This document shows, one piece after another, positions 12,353 through 24,890 of a stretch of 64,000 bases of DNA. How positions within the stretch are numbered: position 1 is the first letter of the stretch; every line of letters begins with the position of its first letter. The translations under genes and the position numbers were made by a program. The stretch covers positions 34,100,001 to 34,164,000 of the forward strand of contig OX597827.1 in the NCBI GenBank assembly GCA_951406725.2. Reading direction: 5' to 3'. The stretch comes from Octopus vulgaris. Lineage: Eukaryota. The notes beneath the pieces were generated by a model, which was given only the letters and a program-made list of their open reading frames with translations, had not been told where the DNA came from and searched no databases.

Positions 12353-15300
12353 ATGCAGGTTGTACTGAAGGCTACTTCACTACTTCATTTCTTGCACATG
12401 AATTCTGCCAAATGCGAGCTTTCTTTTCAGGTACACGAAGCTACTGTCCACCGTCCCAGGGTCTCTAGAGCCCATGCCTCCCACACCCTCAGGGTTGGCA
12501 CTCTGAAAGGTAGGTCTGGTGAGATAGTCGAGATGCTTGAACGGAGATGTGTGGATATATGTTGCATGCAAGAAATAAGGTAGAGAGGAGGATCAGCTAG
12601 GTTCCTCACAGGCAAGGAACGCAGGTACAAGATTTTCTGGGCAGGGAACACTGACGGGGTTGGTGGCGTGGGTATACTTATCGCTGAGAAATGGGTAGAT
12701 AAAGTAATTGAGGTAATCAGAGTATGTGACAAAATACTTAAGATTAGATTAGTGCTTCATCATAGTTTAGCAACCATTATATCAGCCTATGCTCCTCAGT
12801 CGGGGCTACCCGATGGACAGAAAGACCGATTCTATGACACTCTACTGCAGACTACCTCGTTGACGAACGACAGAGACCTTATCTTTGTGGCTGGTGCCTT
12901 CAATGGTCACGTTGGACGACATGCTGGGGGCTTCCATGGCGTACATGGAGGCTATGGCTATGGCTCCCGAAACGAGGAGGGAACCAGGCTGCTGGAGTTC
13001 TGCGATGCAAATAATCTTATGATTTGCAACACTAACTTCAGGAAACCTACCAGCCACCTAGTCACTTACCAATCGGGCCAACATACCAGCCAAATTGACT
13101 ACATCCTTGCAAGGCAAAGGGAGAGATGGCTGCTTATAAATGTCAAAACCTTCCCAGGTGAAGAATGTACCCCACAACATAGACTGGTAGTTAGTGACTT
13201 TAGGATCAGGACTAGGAGGACAACCAGAAGACGACCAATATGGAGAAGAAGGATCTGGAAGCTTAAAGATCCTGCAAATGGACAGAGATTTAGAGACATA
13301 TTACATGAAGCCTCTGACGAAGTAGAAGGGGATAGAGCATCACAGGGGGTAGAAGACAGCTGGACGTTTCTAAGGGACAACCTGCTGAGAGCCACTGACC
13401 AGATCTGTGGCTGGTGCAAAGTCCCCTCTCGACCTAGAATAACGTGGTGGTGGAACAATATTGTAGACAGGGCTATTAGAGAAAAGAGACAGGCTTGGAA
13501 GGTCTGGAAAAATGGGGGTAGCAGGGAATTGTATCAGACTGCCAAAAGAGAAGCTAAGAGACAGGTTTATTTAGCCAGAGGGGAAGCAGATAAGAAAAAA
13601 TTTGCCAATGTTCTGCGCCGTGAGGACCAAAGACTGGAGGTGTTTCGCGTTGCAAGACAGTGTGTGAGAGAGAATCGTGATGTGGTAGGAGAGAAGTGTG
13701 TTCGCATGGAAGATGGTTCACTTGCGCTAAATGAGGATGCAAAGAGAGAGGCTTGGAGATGCCACTATGAAAGTTTGCTGAATAAAGAAAATGAATGGGA
13801 CAAAGAGAGTCTGCCGAATGTTGACCCAACAGAGGGACCAGCTATCCGAGTTGATAGTTCCGTGGTAGCTAAGGCAATTAGAAGCATGAAGTCAGGAAAA
13901 GCCCCAGGCCCATCAGGAATCACTGCAGAGATGCTCAAAATGTCTGGTAGTGTCGGCTATAGCCTAGTCACCCATATAGTTAATCAGGTGATACACAAAG
14001 GAGTCATACCCAATGACTGGTGTAGCAGCATAATAGTCAACTGCTACAAAGGTAAAGGTGACGCCCTAGATACAAATAATTACAGAGGTATCAAGCTGTT
14101 GGATCAGGTGATGAAGGTTACGGAGAGGGTCATAGCCCAACTAATTAGAGAGAGGTTAGTTTAGATGAGATGCAGTTTGGGTTTGTGCCAGGGAAAAGTA
14201 CTACTGATGCTATATTCCTGGTAAGGCAGCTGCAGGAGAAATACCTAGCCAAAGATAAGCCCCTGTACCTGGCTTTTGTTGACATGGAGAAAGCCTTCGA
14301 CAGGGTCCCCCGATCCCTTATCTGGTGGGCAATGAGGAAACTAGGGATAGATGAATGGTTAGTGAGAGCTGTGCGGGCCATGTATAGGGACGCTGCTAGT
14401 AGGGTGAGGGTTGGAAACGAGTACAGTGAAGAATTCCGGGTAGAGGTAGGGGTCCACCAAGGCTCAGTACTCAGTCCCCTCCTATTTATCATAGTCCTCC
14501 AGGCAATAACGGAGGAATTCAAGACAGGATGCCCTTGGGAGCTCCTCTATGCTGATGACCTTGCTCTAATTGCTGAGTCGCTATCAGAACTGGAGGAGAA
14601 GTTTCAGGTGTGGAAACAAGGATTAGAATCGAAGGGCCTCAGAGTCAATCTAGCTAAAACAAAAGTCGTAATCAGTAAGAAGGTAGACAAATCACAAACG
14701 CCTTCAGGTAGATGGCCCTGCTCGATCTGTAGAAAAGGTGTAGGTAGAAACTCTATAAGATGCACCAAGTGTAAGCTATGGACACATAAGAGGTGCAGCA
14801 ATGTCAAAGGAAGGTTAACTAGGAAGATGGTTTTTGTATGTGGCAGATGTTCAGGAACAATAAACACTGAAAATGCTCTGAGACCAACTTCCGTCACTTT
14901 CCAGGGAGAAAAACTAGAAATAGTTGATAGTTTCCATTACCTAGGTGACCAAGTCAGCAGCGGGGGCGGGTGTGCTGAAAGTGTAACTGCTAGAGTAAGA
15001 ATAGCTTGGGCAAAGTTCAGAGAGCTCTTACCCCTGCTGGTGACAAAAGGCCTCTCGCACAGAGTGAAAGGCAGACTGTATGATGCGTGTGTACGAACAG
15101 CCATGCTACATGGCAGTGAAACATGGGCCGTGACTGCTGAGGATATGTGTAAGCTCGCAAGAAATGAAGCCAGTATGCTCCGATGGATGTGTAATGTCAG
15201 TGTTCATAATCGACAGAGTGTAAGTACCTTGAGAGAAAAGCTGGACCTAAGAAGCATCAGTTGTGGTGTGCAAGAGAGACGATTGCGTTGGTATGGTCAT

Positions 15301-15504
15301 GTGGCGAGAATGGATGAAGATAGTTGTGTGAAAAAGTGCCACACCCTAGCGGTTGAGGGAACCTGTGGAAGAGGCAGACCCAGGAAAACCTGGGACGAGG
15401 TGGTGAAGCACGACCTTCGAACTTTAGGTCTCACTGAGGAAATGACTAGAGACCGAGTCCTCTGGAAGTGTGCTGTGCGCGAGAAGACCCGGCAGGACAA
15501 GTGA
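12353..15504 (+). pseudogene. RTE LINE ORF (APE endonuclease - RT - PHD-like finger), inactivated
   Basis: Motifs DICCMQE, SAYAPQ, GAFNGH, QIDYIL, QHRLV, KAPGPSG, NYRGIKLL, QFGF, DMEKAFD, GVHQGSVLSP, YADD (14548-14559) and RLRWYGH. In-frame TAG at 12581-12583 and a frameshift near 14155. Confidence 0.95.
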
Positions 15505-15576
15505 GTCCATAACCCGTGGCCTTCTACTTGGGATGGAGCCAGCCTATGTATGCATACCTTCCCTTCTTGGGACACA

Positions 15577-15767
15577 AAACTCTACTTGTGAAGACCTGTT
15601 GAGGCAAGTGAGGATCAGAATCGAAATCGATCAATGGAAATTGCAGATGTGTTACCAGTGCCGGTGGTATGTCGAAACTCTACTTGTGAAGACCCGTTGA
15701 GGCAAGTGAGGATCAGAATGGAAATCGATCAATGGAAATTGCAGATGTGTTACCAGTGCCGGTGGCA
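15577..15767 (+). repeat. 98-bp tandem duplication in the LINE 3' UTR
   Basis: AAACTCTACTTGTGAAGACC... begins at both 15577 and 15675. Confidence 0.9.
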
Positions 15768-16291
15768 TGTAAGAGAACCTTCCGTTTCGCGACCGTTGCC
15801 AGCACCGCCCCGTTTCGTGTCCGTTGCCAGCCTCGCCTGGCCCTTGTGCCGGTGGCACATAAAAAGCACCATCCGTTCGTGGCCGTTTGCCAGCTCTGTC
15901 TGGCACCTGTGCGGGTGGCACGTAAAAAGCACCCACTACACTCACGGAGTGGTTGGCGTTAGGAAGGGCATCCAGCCGTAGAAACACTGCCAGATTTGAC
16001 TGGGCCTGATGAAGCCTTCTGGCTTCACAGACCCCAGTAGAACCGTCCAACCCATGCTAGCATGGAAAACAGACACTAAACGACGATGATGATGAACAGA
16101 ATAAATAAACAACATTGATCATTAAATTGTATTTATAAACAGCCTAAGGCTATAGTAGAAGACACTCGCCCAAGGTGCTACGTAGTGGGACTGAATCTGG
16201 AAGCAAGCTTCTTACCACACAGCTATGCTTGTGCTTAATACATATGTGGTGATGCAAACAGGAAAAATAGAACCCAAAATATGAGTATATG

Positions 16292-16430
16292 CACTAGCGT
16301 ATGTGCCACCAGGGATGACCCTTCCGCTTGCCACCCCTGGACCCCACAAAAAACACACATTACCTACAGCAATAACCCACAACAGGATGAAAAGTGCAGA
16401 CTGCCCCTACTGCCCAGAGCTACACTAGTG
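16292..16430. mobile_element. 139-bp hAT-type MITE
   Basis: TIR CACTAGCGTA / TACACTAGTG. Perfect 8-bp TSD AGTATATG at 16284-16291 and 16431-16438. Confidence 0.8.
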
Positions 16431-19179
16431 AGTATATGTATATTTTTTATTAATATTTAACAGGAGCAAGAGTGACTCATGAGCCGAGAGTTTTGTGCAT
16501 CTGTTAAACTCTCAGCCCTTGAGTCACTCTCTTGCTTTTACTGTCTGTCTATTTATAGAGAGAGAGACCATTAACATGTGGTTTTTGTCTGAGAAAATAT
16601 CTCCTCCGTGACAGATTTCTTTTTGACATGAAAATAGTGAGTGCACATCACCTGCAAGACTCAAGAAAGCTGAAACTCATCTCTGACATTCTCTTGGGTA
16701 ATTTCTGGGACAATGTTTGTCTTGCTCCGATATATATTAGGTTTTTAACACACATCCATGAGCAGACTTTCAACACACGTCCATGAGCAGACAAAAACCA
16801 TAGTATCATGCTTGTCAACAGTTTATGTGAGTTAGATATAACAGATAGACTGCTATTTTAATGTGTGTGTGTGTATGTGTGTATGTGCTGGGGGCAGAGC
16901 CTTGAAGAATTTTCAGTCAAATGAGTACTATTTTATCTTAAACCTGGTACTTATTCTTTTCTGTTTGATTTTCTGTTCAAATTGATTTCATATTCAATGT
17001 AATGATACACTTTTATAGGCTAATTAATGACATGAAAGTAATTTTCAAAATAAGTCAATAAATAGTTATTATTAATTAAAGTTTGAAAATTTGGGTAATT
17101 TTAGCCAATCGTAAGCCACAGACACATTCATGGTGGTTTCAATAGTAAGAAGCAAAAACATAAGAACTCTTTTGCCTGTTGCAATAGTAAGTCTTTGAAG
17201 TCTCTTATTTGTGAGGGAGTACATGTTGACAGCACTTTGAAAAATCTTTTATATGTGAAGAAGCACATGTTGACAAATTTGACGTTGTGTTCTGTGTTCT
17301 GTATGGCAACAAGATCCAGTAACTTCACTTCTATTATGGCTTCTTTTTATCATTGAACATTAAGGTGGTTGTGAGGTATGCTAAAAATAACAGCTAAAAT
17401 AAGATTTTTTGGATAAATCTTTTAAATTACGTGAAAGAAAATTACTGAAGATATAACACGTGCTATTTCCAGGATGTTGACAACAAAATGTGAAGTCACG
17501 CACAAAATAACAGCTTCCAAATCCTGTTTCCAAACTGGGTGAAAATGATCAAACTTTGAACCTCTATAACTTTTTAAAAACATTTTTCTGGAAAAAATGA
17601 AATAACTTCTGTTAAATATGTACTCAATGTATGCTTAATATGCATCATTAGCCTTCATTATCTGAAAAAAAAAATGTCTAGATGAGCTATTTTTATTCAA
17701 AAGCTATTAGCATGGTTCACTAAAAAACTGAAGAATCTGAAATAAAAAAGAAAGCATGTTGCACAGATTAATGAAAACATAACGATGGTGTTGCTATAGT
17801 GTGCAAACCAGCTGGGAAAAGTTTTATCAAAATTGATTCACAGAAAACTGAGAAATCCTAAATTTCACTCCTAAGCTACTAGCATGACACAGAATGTGAC
17901 AAGGTTGACCCTTTGAAATACAGGTCACAACTCATTTTTGCCAGCTGAGTGGACTGGAATAATGTGAAATAAAGTACCTTGTTCAAGGACATAATGCACC
18001 ATCAGAAATCAAACTCATGACCTCATGATCATGAACCTAATACCTTAACCACTGAGCTATGTGTCTTCACTAACTTGTATCGATAACCAGATCACTTACA
18101 GAACTGTAATTATCAGTAATACCATAAGTAATGACATCATGAACACCTTTTGTTACCTAAATATTTCTGGCAGAAGGATGAAATCCTAATTGTAAAGTGA
18201 CCCATTTCAAGTATCTGTCTCAGACTTGCTTATGAAATCTCTTAACGCTGAAGCAATTACTCCAGATATTCCTTTTAGATCTAAAAATAATTTTGTTTAA
18301 TAGATCATATAATATCTCTGAAGTGGTGTCAGAGGTGTGGGGAATAAAACAACAGTGTTTAAGGTCATTATTTGATTTGACAGTTATGAGTGATATATAA
18401 GAAAAATTAAGTATGGTGTATATTTAAAGAAATTGTTTTAAAACATTCCTTGCATAAGAAATATAAATAGTATAGTTTTAGTTGAGTTACTTGAATTTCA
18501 AACGAAGAAAAGATATGGGGCTGTGAGGGAGTAATTATTAGGTTAACATAATGGGGCATAAAAATTTTTTTAATTAAAAAACTTATAGTCGTATGTGTGA
18601 AATAAGTATAAGATAAGGGAATAAAAATAGAAGAATAGTTGTTAAAATTATTAAAATTACAGAACTGAAAAAAAAAATTCTTGCTGTGGCTAAGAATAAT
18701 GAAAAATAATTGTTCGATGAATAAGAAGTGTTTTTGAGAGGTTGAGAAAAGTAACAATGTAGGGGAGATAAGGCTGAGACAAAGTCGTAAAAATGTTGTT
18801 TTTTTTCAAAAATAGCACGTTTCTATATCTTACAGGTTGACTATGTTAGATATCAAAAAGTTACAATATAAATTGAGAATCTAGTTAGGCATAAAAAAGG
18901 TAAAAATCCATAGTAATCTTTTATAAATAATTTTCAAACTTCTATAACGTAGTGGTGAATGTGAATGTAAGAAAAAGTATTTTTATTATTATGGAGTGAT
19001 AGGTGTGAAAATAAGTATGTTAAAAATACAAGAAATAATTCATATATAAACAAATCGTATAAGGGAAGAATATTTATATATATGGGAAAGGAAAAAATAA
19101 TAATAAGGCAGAATGCTAAACTGAAAGCAAATTTTAATATAAATGGATGTAAGAAAGATTAAAAAAGAAATCAAACTTC

Positions 19180-19700
19180 ACACACCACATCTACCCCAAT
19201 CAGTTAAAAAATGTGCATACCCTAACTGATACCTGCCCCTTCTTATTTGAAGGCTCTGAATTTACTTTCAAACAAGGAACAAAGTTTAAAATCAAGACCA
19301 ACTTCTCTTGTTCCTCCGAGAACCTCATTAATGTCCTTACATGCGCAGGTTGCCAACACAATTATATCAGACAGACAAGCCTTCCTTTATGCAGAAGAGT
19401 AGCAGTCCATAAAGAACAGATAAATCTCCCACAATACTGTCAAATTCCACTCAGTAGCCACATAGATTCTTGCACTAGAAATAAAAATCCCAAATTTCGT
19501 ATATTCCCTTTCTATCAATGTAAAGACAGAATCTCTACACAAGAAAGAATCAACAAGGAGAAACTTTTTATTGAAAAATTCCAAACTCTTCTTAATATGC
19601 AAACTCCACGGTAACCATATTCCTTTTTCTAGCATCCTGTTTGACAAAAAATCCAGCATCCTAATTAAAGAGTATAAAATCCACGGAATTGTCTCCCCTT
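19180..19700 (+). mobile_element. PLE 3' end with GIY-YIG endonuclease remnant
   Basis: ORF 19213..19614: CPF...FKIKTNFSCSSENLINVLTCAGCQHNYIRQT...RRVAVHK...PLSSHIDSC...RINKEKLFIEKFQTLLN, the typical layout of a PLE C-terminal GIY-YIG domain. Confidence 0.85.
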
Positions 19701-21095
19701 ATTCACAGGAACTGTATAACTTCTACCCCATTTCCTGTTTTGACACATAAACATACAACCTTCTCAAACAAAATACTACACTAAAACACATGCATCCTAA
19801 TCCTCCAAAGAAGTATTTCCATAGAATAATATTGAACTATAAAAGCTTAAAGACACTATAATGTATTGGTATACTTATTAATTAATTTTTGTATATATTT
19901 AATATTTTTTTGAAAAAAACATAAATTTTTTTTCCCCTTCCTCATATTAAAAAAATTTTTTTCTCTCTTCATCTTGAAAATTTGCCTTGCAATGAAAGCC
20001 AGTTTGACTTCCTTTTTTAATCTTTCTTACACCCATTTATATTAAAATTTGCTCTCAGTTTAGCATTCTGCCTTATTATTATTATTTTTTCCTTTCCTAT
20101 TATTTCTCCACATGCAGTTAACACAACTCCACCATTTACTGACTTATATATATATATATTGTATACTGATGCAGTTACAAGGAACAAGTCTATGAAAAAG
20201 AGTGTACATGGGACTGTGTATTCTAGCAATATTTGTTTTATTTTGAATTGAGGGTGGATTTGGCAGATAGGGTACCGTGTGATGATGATGATGATAGTTA
20301 TACGGGTGTAAAGATATGGACAGAAATAATATATAGGCATCATTATGAATTAGAATTTTAGTTATAATTACCCACACATATGATAGGGAGATGCTATTAT
20401 ATGCAATAATATACATACATATATTTTATATATTTATTTGTATGTATGAGCATATAGTGGTGTGTGTGTGTGTATATACATCTATATATATGTTTATTAA
20501 TGTATGACACACATATATGTATAAGTAAAATATAAAATATAATATATAATATACTGAATGGTGTTAATATAAAGTTAAAAAACATTAGTAGCAATAACAA
20601 TAATGATAAATAAATAATAAAATCTATTTAGATGTATAACACAAAATGATAAACAATAAATGATACCTATAAGGGTGTGTACATTTTGTGGAAGAGTTTG
20701 TTGTGCACCAAGAATTACTATAAGTATAAGCATATATAGTCTGTAAGATTTGATTTAACGTCCGCTTTCCATGCTAGCATGGGTTCTAAGTACATATTGT
20801 AAAAGAAATATATTACAGACAAATTAATGTATATACATGTATATTAAGGTCCAAAAATATATTGAGAAAAAGGGAAGGTATATGAAGGTTTGGTAGAGAT
20901 GTTATATTAATATAAGGAGGGTCATACAATTATAAGGGGGGATGGTTGAATAATAATTAAATATCCAAGTAGTATAAGATAATTAATGGAGAGAGTATTA
21001 TAGAATAGAAATTTGATGCCATAGTTAGGAATATTGTAGAGAGAGGTATTATACAAAAAACTTAATTATAAGGAGAAGGAAAAAGATAAAAAGAG

Positions 21096-23720
21096 TTAAG
21101 GTGTGTGTGTGTGAGGGGTGGGGAGATTATTTAAGATTAAAAAAGGAGTTTTGACATGTTTGCAAGAAAAATCTTTTTCATCTCTCAAATTAACAAGAAG
21201 ACCGTTCATTTTCATTACTTTATAACTTTCTTCAAGGCATAATTTGCAGATATTGTTATTATGTCTATAAGATGGGGCTGAAGATAGTATTTTCCAAGAA
21301 ATCAAGTAATCTATATTGCTTCTTTTGAGTTGCCAAACCTTTTTGGATAGACCTGTGCTCTTCTCTTTTCTAGGGTCATTAAAGGATGATTTATGATCAT
21401 TTATTCTTAAGTTCAAAGAATTTTGTGTACATCTAATGTAAGTAAATTTAGAGAGATTATGGGTAATAATTGTTGCTTGGTACACTACATCTTTCATTTT
21501 ACAATTTCCATCTACTTCACAAGTACTTGGTTTCTACAATTACAATTATAATTATTAGTTAGTACTATAGTGTTATGTCTATATGTATTAGGGGTAATTG
21601 GGTTTTGGTTATTCTGATAATTATAGTTATTAGATATGGAACTATTGGGGTTGCTATGTATATTAGGAGTTTTTTTAAATAATAGAATTGGTCTAGTTTC
21701 TTATTGTTAAATGAAGAGATGATCTTAAATAGGTTTGGAGATACTGAAAATCCAAATCTGATCTTTTTGTTATTAAATATTTTTACATATTTAGAGTTTT
21801 TAAAGTTTTTTTTAATAATATTTCAAATGGATTTAATAAAATTACATTTTAGATGTTTTGCAAAAGGAATTATGATCCATATGATGTTATTATTGTTTTC
21901 TTTATCATAGAGGTTTATGCTTTTTTTCTATATTATTCCTAACTTTATTAATATGATTTTTGCAGTGATGTAAATTATTAGAAGGATTAGATGTAGTGGG
22001 ATAAGTTTGATTTTTAAGTGTGTTGGTTTAATTTTCTTATTTGTATCTATAATTAATTGTTTTTGGTGTTTATTTTCAGTCTACTTGGGTTTAACCCTTT
22101 TGTTACCAACCCGGCTCTGTGGTAACATGTCCTGCTTTCATAAGTTTTGAATTAAAATATTCCACCAAACCTTAGTCACAATTTACGTCCTAACACTAGC
22201 TAAATGATAACTAAGTTATTTTACTAAATTCTTTGTTATATTTAAAATAATTGAAAGAAACACAGAGCATCTCAAAATAAATACAGTAACGAAAGGGTTA
22301 ATTACATTAACAGTGTGGCTGCTGATTTGTGACTTGGTAAAATTTGTGTTATTAGTTAAGTGAGGTTATGGATGTGGTGCTCATACTGATAGTGATTATT
22401 ATTATGTTTATTGTTGTAGGATTTGTATCTATTGCTAATGATCATTATTGGGAGAATTTCATTGTTAGTCGGGGTTTTCTAATTCACTAGTTGATTTAGG
22501 TTCACTAATATGGTCAGTGTTGTTCTTATCTAGATAATTATTGGAATAATTAGAATAGCTGCTATTGTTTTTATTGTACTTAATTCGTTATTTGTATCCT
22601 ACCGTCTTATGTGCTAGATTATGGTAGTCTTTATGTTTGTTAAAAATTTCTTCTTTGGATGATAATAAGTTAATTCTACTTTCTATGTTGGAGGTTAGAT
22701 TTTTTTATAGTATTATAAGGATGGTTACTTTGTGCATGTATGTATGTGATATTATTGTTAGGTTTATATGATGAAGTATTAAGGTTAAAGTTAAGGTCTA
22801 GGAAGTTCACTAAGTTGTTATCTTTTTCAATGATGATAGATAGTCCTTGGTTTTTGAAGAAATTGTGTAATCTTTTTTTGTATAGCTCAAGTTTCCTGTT
22901 GGAGGTATTTCTAAGAATCATGCATCATCGCGGTAAAGACCACCTTCCAATTCAGGGAATTCTTCTTTAAGCATAAAAAGTAAATTCTGATTAAGGTGGT
23001 CACTTCAGCAGAGTTTTGCGTGCTGATGGGTATATCGAGAGAGTCTGGAGTATCCTTCCTAGTTCAATATTTATCTTGATGAGAGATTATAGTTTATCTA
23101 GCTTCAATTATTATCTCAATTTCATTCATTGATAATTTAGTCCTTTTCTTGGCGAATATAAGTGCTTTATTAAGTAATATAGGGTTGATAAATTGGTAAT
23201 AGTTGTCTATGTCAAGTCGGATAAATTTACATTTTTTCTCATCTTTTATGCTGGTGAATCAGTTGATTGTATCTAGTATTTTCAACCACAAGTTGAGTTT
23301 AATTTTAGATTTCAGTAACTGCAGGTATTTATCTAAGATAAATTTGCTTAGTTTTTCAATGTCTGATTTGTAAGGGCAGATGAGCTTAACCTTTGGATCA
23401 GTATGAAAATTAGATTTGTGATCTTTCAGGCTAATTCAAGGCCTAGATGGTTCACAGACTTCAGTAACATCATCAATTTTATACTTGCTCATTATTTGTT
23501 TGGCTTTAAAGTTAATAGATTTTAGGACATCTTTATTTATAATCTTATATTTCTTTGTTTAGGAGCTTATAGTATAGATCTACATCGTATAGGTTTCTTG
23601 TTTTGTTGGATTGCACAATTATACCTTGTAACTGTCGGAGTTCATTAACTTTATTCTTCAAATAACGTAATGTAATATGAAGAATCTTTATTAGAAATCG
23701 ACCTTTGGAACCCACCAAAG
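21096..23720 (-). mobile_element. Decayed PLE (RT plus C-terminal GIY-YIG), second lineage
   Basis: GGLYRDDA at 22921-22944, VNFLDLNFNL...YKPNNNITYIHAQSNHP, and CNC..CEVDGNCKMKDVVYQA...YIRCTQN...RINDHKSSF...STGLSKKVWQLK...CKLCLEE. Confidence 0.85.
22091..22301. mobile_element. piggyBac-type MITE (family A) inserted in the PLE
   Basis: TTAA|CCCTTTTGTTAC ... GTAACGAAAGGG|TTAA. A homologous copy in the opposite orientation lies at 36439-36667. Confidence 0.8.
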
Positions 23721-23774
23721 TAAAGGATAAAATAGAGCTCAACCTTTTCTCATATATATATATATATATATGTA

Positions 23775-24270
23775 ACAGGCTTCTTTCAGACTTTTCTTCT
23801 ATCTACCAAATCTGGTCACAAAGCTTTGTTCAGTCTGAGTTACTCGTCCAAGGTGCCACACAATAGGACTGAACCTGGAACCATACAGTTGTGAAGCAAA
23901 CTTATTATCACACAGCCACACTTGCATACAACAGGCTTCTTTCAGTTTCCACCTACCAAATCCACTCTCAAGGCGTTGGTTGAACAAGAGCTATTGTAAA
24001 AGACACTTGTCCACAAACCCACATGGTTTGCATGCAAGCTTCTCAAGTGCACAGCCATGCCTGCAATATCATCATCAGTATTATTTAATGTCCCTGTTCC
24101 ATGCTGGCATAAGTTGCAACTGTTTGACAAGGATCCAAGGGGTTGACTTCATCATGCTCCAGTGTTTGCTCTGGCATGGGTTTTATGGCTGGATGTCCTT
24201 CCTAATGACATCCACTTGACAGTGTGTACTGGGTGCTTTTTTCATGCCACTGTTACTGTTGTAGTTACCA
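23775..24270 (-). mobile_element. Cluster of SINEs (two tRNA/CORE-like heads plus an RTE-tail SINE)
   Basis: Similar to 10465-10630 and to the RTE 3' end at 15900-16094. Confidence 0.7.
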
Positions 24271-24389
24271 GTTCACAAGTGAACAAGCCCAAGGGAAGGA
24301 GGATGCTGCATCTGTATGTTAGATGGAGATTAAGGGATGAGGGAAGAGGTTAGAGTAGAACAGGTTCTTATTGTACAAGTGCTACATGG

Positions 24390-24880
24390 TTACTCACATT
24401 TAGGAAAGAGAGTGAGAATGAATTAGAAGTAACTCCAAGGAGCTAGTCAGTGGTGGTCACATATCCAGGAGGCACTCTCAGGTAGCAGGTGCAGTAGTGG
24501 GTATGGAGAGTGGGGGGGTTGCTAGAGTGTATGGGGGAAGTAGGAAGAGATAGGCAACATCTGTAAAGATTGAAGAGTTGAGGGGAGAAGGTGCATGAGT
24601 TGTGGAAGCTACAGGAATGCTAGGGAGAAGAGAGACATGTTCGAGTAGGCAGCAAAAGCAGAGTAGAAAGATAAAATAGGTGTAATGCAAGAGAAATAAT
24701 TTGGTAATCCAGAGAAGGGAGATGGCTACTGTAACAAGTGGGCATAGAACAATATTAATGGATGAAAAGTAACTATGGGTATACCAGCAGGTTAGTAGAT
24801 CCTCATCAAAGTACAACAGGGGTGAATTCTTTCTAGTAATTCACTGTCCAGTATAGCTAGGATAACTAGGGAGTTGTAGC
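24390..24880 (-). mobile_element. Old CR1/jockey-like LINE 3' remnant
   Basis: ORF 24478..24816 fragments PLVTVAISLL and PLNSSIF loosely resemble VASLSLF...WNSLP of CR1-Zenon/jockey C-termini. Confidence 0.4.
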
Positions 24881-24890
24881 TTTATATGAT

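Larger units (their letters stand above)
10978..16094 (+). mobile_element. Near full-length RTE-clade LINE
   Basis: APE endonuclease plus RT ORF, 3' UTR and (GAT)n tail ending at 16094. Candidate TSD AACAGAAT at 10970-10977 and 16095-16102. The 5' boundary is less certain than the 3'. Confidence 0.8.

Noticed and set aside
15634-16050. ORFs in the LINE 3' UTR (MEIADVLPVPV...)
   Set aside because: By-products of the GC-richer UTR and its 98-bp duplication. Not preserved in other copies.
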